A stretch of DNA of 15,456 nucleotides from the NCBI RefSeq assembly GCF_006345805.1, contig NW_021825522.1:1-15456 (forward strand). Reading direction: 5' to 3'. The stretch is from Octopus sinensis. Taxonomy: Eukaryota. The notes beneath the pieces are model-generated. The model worked only from the letters and a program-made list of their open reading frames with translations. It searched no databases and had not been told where the DNA came from. Both the position numbers and the translations under genes were made by a program. Of this stretch, positions 1 through 10,523 are shown one piece after another. Within the stretch, counting starts at the first letter, position 1. The number at the start of each line of letters is the position of its first letter.

Positions 1-9
1 CATATAATA

Positions 10-97
10 TATACATACACACAAACACACACATCACCACACACACACACCCAACACACACTCACACACACACTCCCAACACACACACACACACATG
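10..97. repeat. Imperfect (CA)n microsatellite
   Basis: Direct reading: cacacacac runs with a few interruptions. Confidence 0.95.
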
Positions 98-134
98 AGT
101 GTTATATGGAATAAATGATACAGACATATAAAAC

Positions 135-304
135 AAATAAATAAATAAATAAATAAAATTCTTTGATTTGAAACTGAAATAATCAATCGTAATCAATTCA
201 TTGAACTTCACCGATAGGATTTCTCTGCTTGTTTTATTTTGTTTTATTTTGTTTTGTTTTGTTTTTGCGATTTTCTTTTGTTTGTTTGTTTGTTTGTTTG
301 TTTG
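135..304. repeat. (AAAT)n at ~135-158 and (TTTTG)n/(TTTG)n at ~229-304
   Basis: Tetra- and pentanucleotide tandem runs read directly. Confidence 0.9.
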
Positions 305-393
305 TTATGAATTCTTTAGATTGTTTCTTTGTAATTTTCCTATAATCTGTCTCCCCAGCACGCGTCTCTTTATGTACGCATATGCGCATGCTC

Positions 394-930
<537 letters not shown>

Positions 931-1523
931 CGTGCGTGGGTGTTTCGTCTTCTATTTGATCCCCCGAAGTGTTCATTAACAGTTAAAACTTAACATAAGC
1001 TCTAGCACCTGAATACCGCCATTTTAACGAGATTGTTTCATTTTATTTTTACCGACACAAAACAAATCTAGATGCGTCATTTCGTAATATTTATCGGTGA
1101 CAGGGCAGAATTTATCTCCTCTAAATATAATTTCCTGCAGGCTTAACTTGTGTCGCTAATGCATTGATGTGCTTCGATATATACATCTCAGTAAAATAAA
1201 TTAAAGAGATTATAACAAAAGAGAAAAAAAATTCTAATTGTTTTTCATTGTTTCCCACCTGCTTCCCTGTGAATTACTCACAATCTAAGTGTCATAGTTA
1301 CATGGCTGTAACAAGTTCGAATACTTCCTGAATTTTTTTTTCTGTCAGGGAAAGCGGGACAGTTTCTTCAGTTGTTAGTTTTGTAAGAATTCCAAGACTG
1401 GAGTAGAAAAACATAAGTTGATCATATAAAGTAAGAACGCAACCTTTCTGTTATCTAGAAAAACAAAAACTCCTAAATTCACATATTATTAATTTCTGAG
1501 ATACCGAAATTTTTCTTGCACAG

Positions 1524-1583
1524 CTGTGACTCTGTCACTGGTACGTTCCCCATTGAAGAACTGTTTCAAAGACAAGATTGCGA
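1524..1583 (+). CDS. Candidate 60-nt internal exon, product unknown
   Basis: Flanked by ttttcttgcacAG and GTGAGT, and the length is a multiple of 3. Two frames are open (VTLSLVRSPLKNCFKDKIA or CDSVTGTFPIEELFQRQDC). No family recognised. Confidence 0.25.
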
Positions 1584-2406
1584 GTGAGTAACAAAACTTT
1601 CAAAAATTCCAAGAAAAACATACGAAAATTTAGAATTTTGATACGATTTTAGAAATTTCGTCCACGATGCAACAGCATATAATTACACATAGCCACATAC
1701 ATAGAAACACACACAAGCACACAAATACAAATTCTAACATAAGAACTCGCGCATATCAAGTCCTTGCTCAGGCACTGCAACTCTGAAAGGCCCTCGAAAT
1801 CTTCAAACAAAAAAGCAGTTGAGTTCAGGTCCTTGCCATCTGTTTTTCTCATGTCTCTGGAGGATAGATATTTCCTAAAATCCTTATATTCACAAGATTA
1901 CCTAGGGAAAGAAAACAACCATTTAATCATCCGATAATTCACAAAACTTCACAGACACGTCCACTGAGGTGTTGCTCTGAGAACAGATTGCAATTGAGCT
2001 ACGAAATTTATTAAACAGTGAAGAAATGAATAAGTGAATCTAAGATTACGCTAAGTTTCTAGATTACTAAAACGGTTCTGTCACGATGTAGTTGATTCAC
2101 TTTCAACACGTGGTGTCATATATATATTAATCGACAAGTACAGCTACGAAGGGTCTCCCTTATCTTTGTTAACTTTATTTTTATGTCTGTGAATAATAAG
2201 AGTTTCCATATTCTATATTTTCGCAATAACTCCAAGATTGCTGTAGCGTGGCTAAAATTTTGATACCTCAAGAAATAAATCACTTCTTAAAGTTATTTCT
2301 ACAGATTTCCTAAAACAAAATTAGAGCCAGTACTGAAAGTTACAGTGTTTTGTATACGAATACGTCCATGTAAACAATGCGATCAAAGGTAGAAAATAGG
2401 TTATAG

Positions 2407-2452
2407 GTGTATATGCATGTTTCGGGAGTCCTTGCTCCTTCATCAGTACTAC
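2407..2452 (-). ncRNA. Minimal (PLE-type) hammerhead ribozyme-like motif, degenerate
   Basis: Minus strand reads gtagta-CTGATGA-A-GGAG-caagga-CTCC-C-GAAA-CATGCATA-tacac. Core boxes and a 4-bp stem II are present; stems I and III are weak. Confidence 0.55.
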
Positions 2453-2790
2453 ATACAACACAGTAAAAAGATATGAACGGTATTTGAATGTGTGTGGTTT
2501 TTATGATTGCTAGAATGACTCTTCTACAATAGAACTGATTCCACATCGGCCCATGGACTCATATTTATTCATTTCCTCGGCATCAACAGCTCTAAATTAT
2601 TATATCTCTGATATCGTGTGAACGGAAACCTAATCCTAACATTTGCAACAGATTGCACTCTGTCAGATAAGTTTTAGTATTCTCCCTGTGTGTTCCTTTT
2701 CTTATGTGCTTTCTTACACACCACCCTACTGTATATCTATCCAGCTATACAATAGGATAACTTCAACATGGACGTTTTGTTATTTTGCAG

Positions 2791-2861
2791 AAGATTTCCC
2801 AAGGAAGAAGTGGGTAATCGATGAAATGCATTCGCCGATCTTCAAAGAAGAATGTAGTAAA
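2791..2861 (+). CDS. Candidate internal exon (DFPRKKWVIDEMHSPIFKEECSK), product unknown
   Basis: Acceptor ttttgttattttgcAG and donor GTGAGA; an alternative donor GTAATC follows 2813. The phase is compatible with 1524-1583. No family recognised. Confidence 0.2.
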
Positions 2862-2873
2862 GTGAGAAATCTA

Positions 2874-2876
<3 letters not shown>

Positions 2877-2971
<95 letters not shown>

Positions 2972-2985
2972 TGTATATATATATG
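2877..2985. repeat. (CT)n followed by (TA)n microsatellite
   Basis: Direct reading. Confidence 0.95.
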
Positions 2986-3126
2986 TCTAACAAAGTGAAC
3001 AGCGCGCCAAAGTGAAGGCATTTGAAAGATACACAAAAATATAATCAGTTGGACTCCATGCATGCGAGACTCCGGTCAAACGTTTTTGCATCTAGTCCTG
3101 CAAATTGTATGTTCTATATTGACAGA

Positions 3127-3191
3127 CCATGCTGACGAGATTACAGTTTATCCTTGCGGATATTAATAATCGAAACTGATTCAGTACATGG
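3127..3191 (+). ncRNA. Canonical type I hammerhead ribozyme; predicted cleavage after GUA (A3186)
   Basis: Stem I CCATG(3127-31)/CATGG(3187-91). Core CTGACGA (3132-38). Stem II GATTA/TAATC with an inner TATCC-ttgc-GGATA hairpin. GAAA (3172-75). Stem III A-CTG-att-CAG-T, then A as the cleavage nucleotide. All core nucleotides and three stems are intact. Confidence 0.9.
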
Positions 3192-3502
3192 GTAATCATT
3201 TTTATTTCGTATATTTTCATTTGTCTTGCTTATTTTTAATGCTTTAGTTTTGTGCTGATTTTTTATTTGAGAACATATTCTTTGTGGAAAATAGCGATTT
3301 GACGTCTATATCTAGCATGTTGACGGTCCACTTTTAGTGGTCAGTCCTTTAAATTTTGTATGTAAAAATATTTTAATCTTCAGATTTTTTAATATGCTGG
3401 GCCACTGGTTTTAATTGATTAATATCAATTTCTACCTTATAAATTTTAAATTAATATATATATATATATATATATAATATAATATATATATATATATATA
3501 TT

Positions 3503-3534
<32 letters not shown>

Positions 3535-3826
3535 ATATATTATATATAGACATATATATATATAATTTAAAATTTAATAAGGGTAGAAATTGATATTAAT
3601 CAATTAAAACCAGTGGCCCAGCATATTAAAAAATCTGAAGATTAAAATATTTTTACATACAAAATTTAAAGGACTGACCACTAAAAGTGGACCGTCAACA
3701 TGCTAGATATAGACGTCAAATCGCTATTTTCCACAAAGAATATGTTCTCAAATAAAAAATCAGCACAAAACCAAAGCATTAAAAATAAGCAAGACAAATG
3801 AAAATATACGAAATAAAAATGATTAC

Positions 3827-3891
3827 CCATGTACTGAATCAGTTTCGATTATCAATATCCGCAAGGATAAACTGTAATCTCGTCAGCATGG
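3827..3891 (-). ncRNA. Canonical type I hammerhead ribozyme, mirror copy; predicted cleavage between 3832 and 3831
   Basis: Reverse complement of the 3127-3191 motif. The single difference (A>G) lies in the stem II internal region, outside the core. Confidence 0.9.
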
Positions 3892-3919
3892 TCTGTCAAT
3901 ATATATATATATATTATAT

Positions 3920-4153
3920 ATCAACAATCAAGGAACGGCCATGATAGGCCATTCACCCACTAGAAATAACAGCCAAAGCTTCAACCGCAAATAAAGATTA
4001 ATTCCGTAAACAGGAGAAAATTAAAAACATTTACCCTGTAATGTTTTTTAAATTTTCTCTGGTTTTACGGATTAATCTTTATTTGCGGTTGAAGCTTTGG
4101 CTGTTATTTCTAGTGGGTGCAATGGCCTATCATGGCCGTTCCTTGATGTTGAT
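3920..4153. repeat. Second foldback: ~115-bp arms with a 3-nt loop (cct, 4035-4037), MITE-like
   Basis: atcaac...gaacggccatgataggccatt...ctagaaataacagccaaagcttcaaccgcaaat is matched by its reverse complement at 4038-4153. Differences are mostly 1-bp indels. Confidence 0.92.
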
Positions 4154-4254
4154 GTTGAACTTTAAAATGGTCTATGACTATTTATTTTTTTCCCACTAGG
4201 CCGCTGGTGGTAAAAAGAATTTACAAAAATTTTTTTTTGCACACCCTATATTGA

Positions 4255-4307
<53 letters not shown>

Positions 4308-4312
4308 ATATA

Positions 4313-4518
4313 GGGAGAGTTTACGAAAAAACAAAAGACAAGAACAGATGGTGTACAAAACAAACAGATGTATTAGTATAACGCTCAGGAATAGAAAATG
4401 TCTTTTATGTTTCGAGCCTACGCTCTTCTACAGAAAGGAAAACAGAAAAAAACAAGGCGAGAAAGAAGGAGAGAAAAAAATGTGTGTAGTGGCTAACGAT
4501 CTATCATGGCGATTGACT
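4313..4518 (-). mobile_element. Probable PLE-derived non-autonomous repeat fragment lying between (TA)n and (CA)n
   Basis: Carries a minimal HHR-like motif and abuts (TA)n. Family assignment is inference. Confidence 0.4.
4402..4437 (-). ncRNA. Minimal hammerhead-like motif with variant core (CUGUAGA)
   Basis: Minus strand reads CTTT-CTGTAGA-A-GAGC-gtag-GCTC-GAAA-C-ATA-AAAG. Stem I CTTT/AAAG and stem II GAGC/GCTC are perfect. Core A6 is U, and ACATA could be CpG-decayed ACGTA. Confidence 0.55.
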
Positions 4519-4519
4519 G

Positions 4520-4566
4520 TACACACACACACACACACACACACAACACACACACACACACACACA

Positions 4567-4632
<66 letters not shown>
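4520..4632. repeat. (CA)n/(TA)n microsatellite
   Basis: Direct reading; another (TA)n lies at ~4257-4312. Confidence 0.95.
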
Positions 4633-4638
<6 letters not shown>

Positions 4639-4768
4639 ATTATGTATTTGTGTGAGAGTGCTCTTTCTTTTTTAAATACAAAAACCTTCCTGCTGGAGCC
4701 ATTCCCTTTTTCAGCTATTATGTATCTAGGGCTACATTATCCAATGTAACTTTAGAAAAAATTACAAT

Positions 4769-5127
4769 ATGTGGCTGTGTGGTAAGAAGTTTGTTCCCAA
4801 ACAATATGGTTCTGTGTTCAGTCCTAATGCGCGATACGTTGGGCAAGTGCCGGTGGATTTGGTAGACGGGAACATTTATATGTGTGTGTTTGTGTGCGTG
4901 TGTATATATATGTCTTTCTGTCTGTGTTTGTCCCTAACACTGCTTAACAACCGGGGCTGGTGTGTTTACGTCTCCGAAACTTAAAAGTTCATCAAAAGTT
5001 ACCGATAAGACATGTACCACGCTTTAAAAAAAACTAGTACTGGGGTCGATTAGCTTGACTGGAATTATTCAAGGCAGTGCCCCAGCATGGCCATATGATA
5101 ATGACTGAAACACTTAAATGATAAAAG
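4769..5127 (+). mobile_element. tRNA-derived SINE (family 1, resembling octopus CORE/OR-type), with internal (TG)n and 3' module; internally deleted
   Basis: A-box-like TGGCTGTGTGG (4772-82) and B-box-like GTTCAGTCC (4816-24). Homologous to in-window copies at 6195-6352 and 9516-9675 but lacks the segment after gggcaagtg. The family name is recalled knowledge. Confidence 0.8.
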
Positions 5128-5515
5128 TCAAAAGATATGGTTTAATTTAGGGGAAAATTTCACTGCTATTTCTAAAGAATCATGTGACCACGTAAATATT
5201 CTTTGAGACAAAGTTTAGAATTCAAAGAACGAATGAAAATGGAAACCGAGGCTGAAGTGTCAACTTTTAATATTCAAATTTATTCAGTAGGTGTGAAAAT
5301 GTTGGATTCAATGAAGCAACGGACAACTTTCTCATACAAGAAAAGTTAAAGTGGTATGAAAGAATGAACATTCAAATAAAGATCTAAATATACCTCTTGG
5401 CCACACAAGAATACCATGAATATATTATTGATATTTCTCCCGTATGAATTAAACAGATGGAAGAGAACAAGAAATGCCTCTAAAGTGGGTTTCCAGATAT
5501 ATAAAGATTCATTAC

Positions 5516-5547
<32 letters not shown>

Positions 5548-5680
5548 GTGTGCGTGTGTGGGCGTGTGTATATGTATGTATTTCTGTCTGTGTTTGTCCC
5601 TACCACTACTTAACAACTGGGGCTGGTGTGTTAACGTCTCCGAAACATAAAAGTTCATCAAGATTTATCGATAATATATC
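5516..5680 (+). mobile_element. Partial copy of the family 1 SINE 3' module, preceded by (TG)n
   Basis: 5583-5675 aligns closely with 4918-5010 (tctgtctgtgtttgtccct...ggggctggtgtgtt...acgtctccgaaac...aaaagttcatcaa). Confidence 0.8.
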
Positions 5681-6106
5681 TATCACACTTAAAAATGCAG
5701 AATTCTCTTCATTTAGAAATAGAGGTTTAGAATTGGAAACTAACGTGAGACATGTATTATCAGAAATCAAAGATCTGATAACTATTGCACATCAAATCGA
5801 TTAAAATATAATGCATATAAAAATTGTTGTATATGGAACCACGCAATCTAAAGATGAATAATTATTGTTGTAAATAACATTTATCAAAAGAAAATTTTGT
5901 TTATAAGTGGAATCAATGTGTGAAATTATAAGAAGGCCGATGACGTGCCTGGCAGTACATTCCAAACGTTGGTGTCAGGTTTTGTATCTTTTTCTTAAGG
6001 ATTTATCGACTGATTAAAGACGGCGTCATTGTAATTTTTTGTGAAAATTGGTGAAATGGGCGGGTAAAAACATGATGAAACATATGTGTAAAACATGCAA
6101 ATATAC

Positions 6107-6352
6107 GTATGTCCATGTATGTATGCATGTATGTATGTATGTATGTATGTATGTATGTATGTATGTATGTATGTATGTATGTATGTATGTATTTACGACG
6201 GAGTTACGCGGTTTCCGCCTACTGAATTCACTTATAATAGCAATGGTAGGGATGAGGGTATCGCGGAATCATTTGACCCCAGTGCAACGCAGTGGGACTG
6301 AACCCGAAACTTCGTGCTTCCAAACTAAATTTCTTAACCACACAACGGCGCT
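6107..6352 (-). mobile_element. Old family 1 SINE copy with adjacent (TATG)n tract (6107-6192)
   Basis: Plus strand shows gcagtgggactgaacccgaaac...ttcttaaccacac, the reverse complement of the tRNA-like head. Confidence 0.7.
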
Positions 6353-6361
6353 TATACTTAT

Positions 6362-6580
6362 AGATGTATTTGCGTTCCCACGGGTATTACGTTCCAAAAC
6401 CCCTGCGGTAGGTGAAAATACTGTGCTGTATATTTTAAAATTTATTTTCATGATATGTATACATTCATTTTATTATAAAGGTAAAACAACATCACGGAGG
6501 AATCGACGTAAGCTTAAATTTAAAAAACGGGATAGGTGAACCGCGATAGATGGACCGCGATATGGCGAGGGATTACTGTA
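6362..6580. mobile_element. Tc1/mariner-pogo (Tigger-type) MITE remnant
   Basis: The right end ccgcgatatggcgagggattactg-TA resembles a CAGTAATCCCTCG-type TIR with TA target. The left end is decayed (cacgggtattacgttccaaaacccctgcggtaggtgaaaat), and subterminal ccgcgata motifs repeat. Confidence 0.6.
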
Positions 6581-6610
6581 TACACGTACATATATGTACA
6601 TGTATATATA

Positions 6611-6649
<39 letters not shown>

Positions 6650-6661
6650 CATACTATACAT

Positions 6662-6694
<33 letters not shown>

Positions 6695-6800
6695 TATATA
6701 TATAATATATATATATATATGTATATATATTGACACACACGCACACATATATATATACATATATACATACATATATATCTGTGTGCGCTTCTATATGTAT

Positions 6801-6859
<59 letters not shown>

Positions 6860-7050
6860 AACTGTACTTGGAGAAGGAGAAACGAAACGAAACGAATCGA
6901 ATCGACGCGAGGGCGCTCAGTCATACAATAGTGTAAAAAATAAAATATATGCATACATACATACATATATGTACGTACCTACATCTACATGTATATATAC
7001 ATGCATATATAAATATAAATACGTGGCACATATATATATATATATATATG
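6580..7050. repeat. Compound (TA)/(CA)/(TACA) microsatellites with a short (GAAAC)/(GAATC) run at ~6888-6904
   Basis: Direct reading. Confidence 0.9.
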
Positions 7051-7519
7051 AAATCACTCACACGCTTATGCAAAAAAAAAATAAGAAGAGAAGCAAAACA
7101 AAATTTGTATAAACATAAGAATATAATAAACACCAATTTTGAAAATGTAATAAAAACGGAAGAAAGAAAAGTAACAACAACGAAAAAATATCGATAGTTG
7201 AATTACAGGAGCCAAACTGAAGGACAGAAGATTTCTCCAGTGAGTTTGTTTGAGCAGACGATATGTATTTCGGCTGTCAATTATTTTTGCTCGTGTCGAC
7301 GACAAAATTAATTAGTTGATAATATTTGAACAAGAAACACTCCCTCGGTGTTCAATACACAATTTTTTTTTTCTTTGCTTTTATTTATTCATTTCTTTAT
7401 TTATTTACTTATTTTATTTATTTATTTATGGATTTCATTTATTCCTGGTAAGCCCACAAACATGAATTAAGAGTGCAAAGTTGTTTTTGAGTTGAGAATG
7501 TGAAATCTTCAACAAAAAT

Positions 7520-7556
7520 GTATGTACATACATATATGCTATTATGTATATATATA

Positions 7557-7631
<75 letters not shown>

Positions 7632-7906
7632 ATCAATCTATACTGGGGACATGTGAATTATTAAGACATGCAGGTTTTCATTCAAAATGTCTTTGCTCAA
7701 GACAGGTTGTCATCCTTGTAAAAGTATTATTTCAACATTCTTCATGTGTAAAGGCCAATCAAACACATGTACGTACATATGCTTGCGTGTTTGTGTGTGT
7801 GCATATGTGTGTGTACCTGTTTGTGTGTGTGTCTATGCAGGTATGTACAAGATATGCAGAGTTGTGTAAGATATGCATAGTTGTGTATGTATGTGCATAT
7901 ATACAT

Positions 7907-7942
<36 letters not shown>
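7520..7942. repeat. (TA)n/(TG)n microsatellites at ~7520-7630 and ~7780-7942
   Basis: Direct reading. Confidence 0.85.
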
Positions 7943-7943
<1 letters not shown>

Positions 7944-8039
7944 CGGCTTTAGTTTTGTCAAACGTTTCAATGAAGTTCCTTAAAATTGTCATCATACGAA
8001 ATGTAATTTTTCACATTTTTAGACATATGAATTTCTTTG

Positions 8040-8262
8040 TACGTCATCATTGCGATCATCATCGTCGTCGTTACCATCGTCTTCAATATCATCATCATCA
8101 TCATCCTCATCGTCATCGTCAACAACATCATCGTCATCATCATCATCATTGTCATTATTGTCATCGTCAACATCATTTTCATCGGCGTCGTCATCGTCGT
8201 TATCGTCGTCATCGTCGTCGTTATCTTCGTCGACATCATCATTATCATTGTCCTTACCGTCG

Positions 8263-8294
<32 letters not shown>

Positions 8295-8564
8295 GTCATC
8301 GTCAACAACATCATCGTCATCATCATCATCATTGTCATTATTGTCATCGTCATCATCATCATCATCATCACCATCACCATCACCCTCACCATCACCTTCA
8401 GCAGCATCATTGTCAATATCATCATCACCATCATCATCACCATCACCCTAATCACCATCTTCAGCAGCATCATTGTCATTATCATCATCATCATCATCAT
8501 CATCATCATACTCATCATCATCAACATCATCATATTCAGCAGCAAACATCACCATCATCATCAG

Positions 8565-8597
<33 letters not shown>

Positions 8598-8800
8598 TAT
8601 TGTCATTATTGTCATCATCACCATCATCATCATCATTTTCGTCGTCGTCATTGTCGGAATCGTCGTCGTCTTTGTCGACATCATCATTATCATTGTCCTT
8701 ACCGTTGTCGCTGTCGTCATCATCATCATCATCATCGTAGTCGTCATCACCATCAACGTTTCCATCGTTGTCGTCGTGTTCGTCGCCGTTTCAGTCGTCA
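8040..8800. repeat. Long degenerate (CAT/CGT/CAC)n trinucleotide tract with internal block duplications
   Basis: Triplet periodicity throughout. It yields poly-H, poly-S, poly-I and poly-M ORFs in several frames. Confidence 0.95.
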
Positions 8801-9515
8801 TCGACCTCCCCGTTAAAATTCGTCCTTGTTGCCACATTTGCTCGGATTGTATTCTTCTTCCCTACACCCACATTCTTGCCGGCACCATTTCTTTTCTTAG
8901 TCTTAACATCTTGCGTTAGACTTAACCATTTGTCTCATATCTCCTCCGGAAATATGCTTCTTCTAGTTAAATCACGTGACATTTCCCCCGCCAATCAGTC
9001 TTCATATTCCATACCAGCGCGGTCTTTTCTATTGTACCCTACCTCCGTAACAGCTGAAGATAACCCTACTTAAAATATTGGGTATCCTTAACGGAATTGG
9101 TGAGAGACATAATGATTATTACTCTGAAGAATCTGAAGACTGTTTGCGTATATACGTACGCTGGTCCTTATATCTGAGCGATGGTCGATCAACATTCCTG
9201 TGTCCACTATCAAGCTGGCTGCACGTGAAGACTTAATGAATTATTTCGTCATTAATTCTGAAGAGATGACTAGCAGAATGCGATGGCGAATGCGTAACGA
9301 ATCTCTCATTTTCACCAATCTTACACTTGCTAAACAGGTCAACATTAGACAATCTGTCCGTTAGTGAATGGCCTCAGATTGTCCTGAGACACCTTTTGTG
9401 GAAAATGTTTAGCTGGTTTATGTGCCTCGTATAGGGTGTCCACGATTCCGAGCCATACAAGACTGTTGTAAAGATGCCAGCTTTATAGACATGCACTTCA
9501 GGTAGGAGGGAAGCA

Positions 9516-9675
9516 GACTTCTTTTCAGTTTCCGCATTTCAAATTCACTCACAAGACTTTGGTCGGCCACAGACTTTAGTAGAAGACACATGACAAAGCT
9601 GCCACACAGTGGAACTGAACCCGGAACCAAGTAGTTGGAAAGCAAGCTTCTTACCACACAGCCATGCCTGTGCCT
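9516..9675 (-). mobile_element. Family 1 SINE copy (tRNA head plus CORE-like body)
   Basis: Minus strand reads ggcacaggcatggctgtgtggtaagaagcttgc...gggttcagttccactg...gtgtcttctactaaagtctgtggccgaccaaagtcttgtgagtgaatttg. Confidence 0.85.
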
Positions 9676-9799
9676 GGATGTAATTTTGGCATAAAGGAAT
9701 GGAAAACCGTACCTTTTCCAAATCATTATTAAATATTTGCACCTCATCTCAGGTCAACTTGAAATGTAAACTTACAACTGGAATAATATCGTATTGAAC

Positions 9800-9801
9800 A
9801 C

Positions 9802-9880
<79 letters not shown>

Positions 9881-9894
9881 CATACATACATACA

Positions 9895-9925
<31 letters not shown>

Positions 9926-9962
9926 GCGTCTACGCATATATGTGTGCGTGCGTGTGTGTTTG

Positions 9963-9993
<31 letters not shown>

Positions 9994-10110
9994 GTGTGTG
10001 TGTGTCTGTATATATATATGTTTATGTGTATATATATATATACATAAATACACACACACACATATATATAGGCTTATATATGTATGTGTGTATGTATATG
10101 CGTACGTCTG
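9800..10110. repeat. (TATC)n, (TACA)n and (TA)/(TG) compound microsatellite
   Basis: Direct reading. Confidence 0.95.
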
Positions 10111-10523
10111 TGTAAAGGTATGTTCTAAGATTAACGCAAAGATATCACGTTTTCAATAAACCATATTATCATTACTTCCCGTTTTTTCTCCTCCCTTATA
10201 TTCATATTAATCAATGCCCAGAACCACAGATATCAGGAGAAGAACAAAGAAACATATTTCCTGCTTTTTTCCTCTTTTTCTGTCATTTTTTCTCTTCTGT
10301 CGGGAAGATTTAATTAAAAGTTGCCAGATCAAAAACAAAAAGACATAAACCTGGAAATACGAACGCAAAACAAAGAGCTTTCAGTTTAGCCTATAGGTAC
10401 GTCGTTGATTAAATATATATTGTAAATATTTTATTTGTCGGATTTTAATGTCTGAAAGAAAAGTCTTGAAAAGAAGATAGTTTTTGCATATTATAGTAGA
10501 ATGTATAGAATCAATATTTTCAT

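Larger units (their letters stand above)
3115..3903. repeat. Long inverted repeat (foldback): ~340-bp arms (3115-3453 and 3563-3903) around a ~110-bp (TA)n-rich spacer
   Basis: Manual alignment of the left arm to the reverse complement of the right arm shows only 2 substitutions and two 1-bp indels. Confidence 0.97.

Noticed and set aside
7955-8000. Minus-strand ATGATGA...GAAACGTT hammerhead-like spacing
   Set aside because: Core C3 is absent and there is no stem I complementarity.
7544-8919. 398-aa His/Ser-rich ORF and overlapping poly-Ile, poly-Met and poly-Ser ORFs
   Set aside because: They are translations of (TA)/(TG) and (CAT)n repeats that stay open in several frames on both strands. 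The Asp-rich minus frame has stops, and no domain or splice support is evident.
8800-9070. Possible RTE-type LINE C-terminal remnant on the minus strand (DWRGKCHVI...)
   Set aside because: The resemblance to the RLRWxGHV motif is too loose and needs several frameshifts; not supportable without a search.
9250-9305. CTGAAGA...CGAATGCGTA as a further hammerhead
   Set aside because: It lacks the full GAAA, and stems I and II cannot be paired convincingly. At most a decayed relic; CTGAAGA at ~9054, ~9124 and ~9133 also lack a downstream GAAA.
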